A DNA stretch of 63,322 nt, the filler included, from Rhabdomonas costata (lineage: Eukaryota): the NCBI GenBank assembly GCA_019059605.1. It is 53 parts of 53 records of this genome, joined end to end, with 100 filler letters (N's around TTAATTAATTAA, not from the genome) between each part and the next. Parts side by side here need not be neighbours in the genome. Positions count along the whole stretch, not along the records: positions 61,033 to 62,126 come from JAHMHO010028851.1; positions 62,227 to 63,322 come from JAHMHO010028852.1; 51 more parts are not named here. One strand, written 5' to 3'. This document shows, piece by piece, positions 61,361 through 63,322 of the stretch (positions are counted from its first letter, which is position 1; each line of letters opens with the position of its first letter). A program made the position numbers and the translations under genes. A model generated the notes under the pieces. That model had not been told where the DNA came from, searched no databases, and saw nothing but the letters and a program-made list of their open reading frames with translations.

Positions 61361-62081
61361 ATATATGGTGTCGATCAACGTGTCCGACTCCATGGCTACC
61401 GCCCACTCCACGATGGTTAAGATCAAGGAGGCGGGCTTTGTCGACGACGTCCGCACTCGCTTTGTTGTGGTGGGTGCTTTTTCCAAGTCCTTCTCTTCTG
61501 CGTGTGGGAAAATGAAGTGGATCCGGATGGCAATTCCAGTCGAGTTGTGAAAATCGCACAAATTTGTTGCCCCCCCCTCCCGCCTGTAAAAAAAACTTTA
61601 ACGTGTCAAGGTGTAGACTGGATTCTTCGCCATATTTGTTAGAGTGGTTCACTCTTTGTTTTGCCTTCATTAACTTATATTTGCGCGGAAATCGTATCCT
61701 TTTGGTGAACACGGGGAGTTTCGACGAATCGCTTGCAGTGGTTCTTTTGTGTTTTTGCTACTTCCACCCGCTGCAATACTCATGCTTTGGTCCCATGGCA
61801 AGGGAGCTCAAAGCTTTCATCCGATGCAAATCTAGGGACAAGAGCCTGTCAGCTGCTCCGTGGTTTCTATTCTGCTTTTCTCTTTTTCTTCTTTTTGCCT
61901 TTTTGCCTTGTCTTCCTCTCTTCGCTCTCTGTCGCTCTGTTCGCTCTCTGTCTCGCTCTTCGCTCAGCTTCAGTTCTTTGTGTACCTGCCCCAGCTGGAC
62001 TCCTATGTGTGGGGCAACCTGTACACGGAGGTCTCGGCCGGCGGGGCGTGGCTACCCCACACGGAATTCCGAGTGTTCCAG
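61361..62081 (+). CDS. Polycystin-2 (PKD2/TRPP)-like cation channel, TOP-domain exons (61361-61469, 61968-62081)
   Basis: GFVDDVRTRFVV|LQFFVYLPQLDSYVWGNLYTEVSAGGAWLP resembles W.D..TR.V.VEF..YN....F.......E....GG..P. Confidence 0.78.
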
Positions 62082-62256
62082 GCACCTGCTGCCCCCCACC
62101 CCCCACCCCTATTCCACCGCACCCCCNNNNNNNNNNNNNNNNNNNNNNNNNNNNNNNNNNNNNNNNNNNNTTAATTAATTAANNNNNNNNNNNNNNNNNN
62201 NNNNNNNNNNNNNNNNNNNNNNNNNNGGGTGGGTTGACGGGTGCAGGGTTGCACAC

Positions 62257-63235
62257 CTCCTCGTCGACCTCCTCCTGGGCTGTACGCTGCGCAGGGCGAA
62301 GCTCCATCTCCTGCTGGATCCGCTCCAGGTGGGCATCCATCCCAGCCTCCGTGGTGGGCAAGGCCGGGTCCGTGATGAACTGGAAAAGCTCCTTTCGGGT
62401 TTCGGGGTGGGGAAAAATGGCGGGAAATCTCCCTGTTATTGCCAAAACTTTTAAAAAGCCCAACCTGAAACTGATGTAGAAATGGTGTAAGCAACCAGAA
62501 GAGCAGAAGAGCAAGCATAGTATTTCGCCTGTCCCAAAGACACTGGGAGTGGGATGTGGGATGGGGGATATCTTAAACTGTGCTACATTCAGTGGGACAA
62601 CTGTGAACGATGAAAAATATTTCTAGTCACTTGCCCTGGTTTGCGTTCACCAACCTTGTATATCACCCGATACACATACCCCACTCTAAAATCACCAGGC
62701 CCAGACCCTCAACACCTGAAACGGCCCGTGCGAGGCTACATAAACAGAAAGAATGGGACTCGAGAGGGCTACGCCGAAGCTGCTGTTTTTTGTATATAAA
62801 AAAACAGCAGACCTCCCAAAAAGCTGCTTCACCCTCAGCGGGCACTGGTGCCTCAAGCCGGCTCTTCCGTATCCTTTTTGCGCCGCGGACGATTCACACC
62901 GAGTTTACATAAAACCACCCACGCTGAAAGGCGCCAATGGCTCGAGACCATCTGAAGTCCACATAAATTACTGTATCACTGTTCTCACATCAACATTCTT
63001 CCCCACTCCGCTGTCACTCTGGGGATGAAGTTCACCTTGACTGAAGAAAGGAGAAGGGAATGCAAAACTGAAGAAGGGGAGAGAGGGGCGGAGGTTGGCA
63101 CCTGCACCCTCATCACCCGCACAGAGCACTTCTCAAAGAACGCGGAGACGTTGGCGCAGTCCGTGCGCAACAAGTCCAGGGCCAGCGGGTGGTCGTGCTC
63201 CATGCTCTGCGAGACGTCAATGACGTACACCGTTC
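62257..63235 (-). CDS. RIO1: RIO1 atypical kinase, two exons (63235-63102, 62391-62257)
   Basis: [32 protein letters not shown]...[11 protein letters not shown]...QEEVDEE; canonical GT-AG borders. Confidence 0.93.
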
Positions 63236-63322
63236 CTGAGGAAAATCATGGAAGAGGAGCCCCACACACAGACACACTCTACGCACTGCTGAGAGAAAAG
63301 CGCTCTGATAACCCACCACACC

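Noticed and set aside
1098-62226. Regularly spaced TTAATTAATTAA as a CRISPR-like or biological repeat array
   Set aside because: Always embedded in exactly 44+44 N; a six-frame-stop concatenation linker.
1-63322. Operon-like or defence-island reading of neighbouring genes (e.g. PolA + dUTPase + carbamoyltransferase as a phage DNA-modification system)
   Set aside because: Each sits on a separate ~1.1-kb contig grouped only by length. There is no physical linkage, and most genes are spliced eukaryotic exons.
1-63322. rRNA, intact tRNA, spliced-leader RNA gene, telomeric arrays
   Set aside because: None recognised by eye; a covariance-model search would be needed to exclude small RNAs.

Overview
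This window is not a continuous locus. It is 53 unrelated contigs of 1,094-1,122 bp joined by 52 identical 100-bp spacers (44 N + TTAATTAATTAA + 44 N), so adjacency between contigs carries no biological meaning. The DNA is eukaryotic: short GC3-rich exons between mostly GT-AG introns, microsatellites and decayed retroelements. Recognisable gene fragments are IFT172, Prp28/DDX23, RIO1, a family A DNA polymerase, a Zn-dependent dehydrogenase, a Pho87/91-like transporter, a PKD2-like channel, a hybrid histidine kinase, class III cyclases, kinases and a NodU/CmcH-like carbamoyltransferase. These point to a flagellated protist, most plausibly a euglenid (inference). G/T-only 5' ends, A/C-only 3' ends and fold-back hairpins at contig ends suggest whole-genome-amplified DNA. 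The standout feature is at 8401-9496 (-): a spliced gene reading cyclase - BLUF-like - cyclase, related to Euglena photoactivated adenylyl cyclase (PAC). Its BLUF photochemistry residues are all substituted, and its cyclase catalytic pattern appears reversed relative to PAC. All family assignments come from motif recognition by eye and from recalled consensus sequences; no database searches were run.
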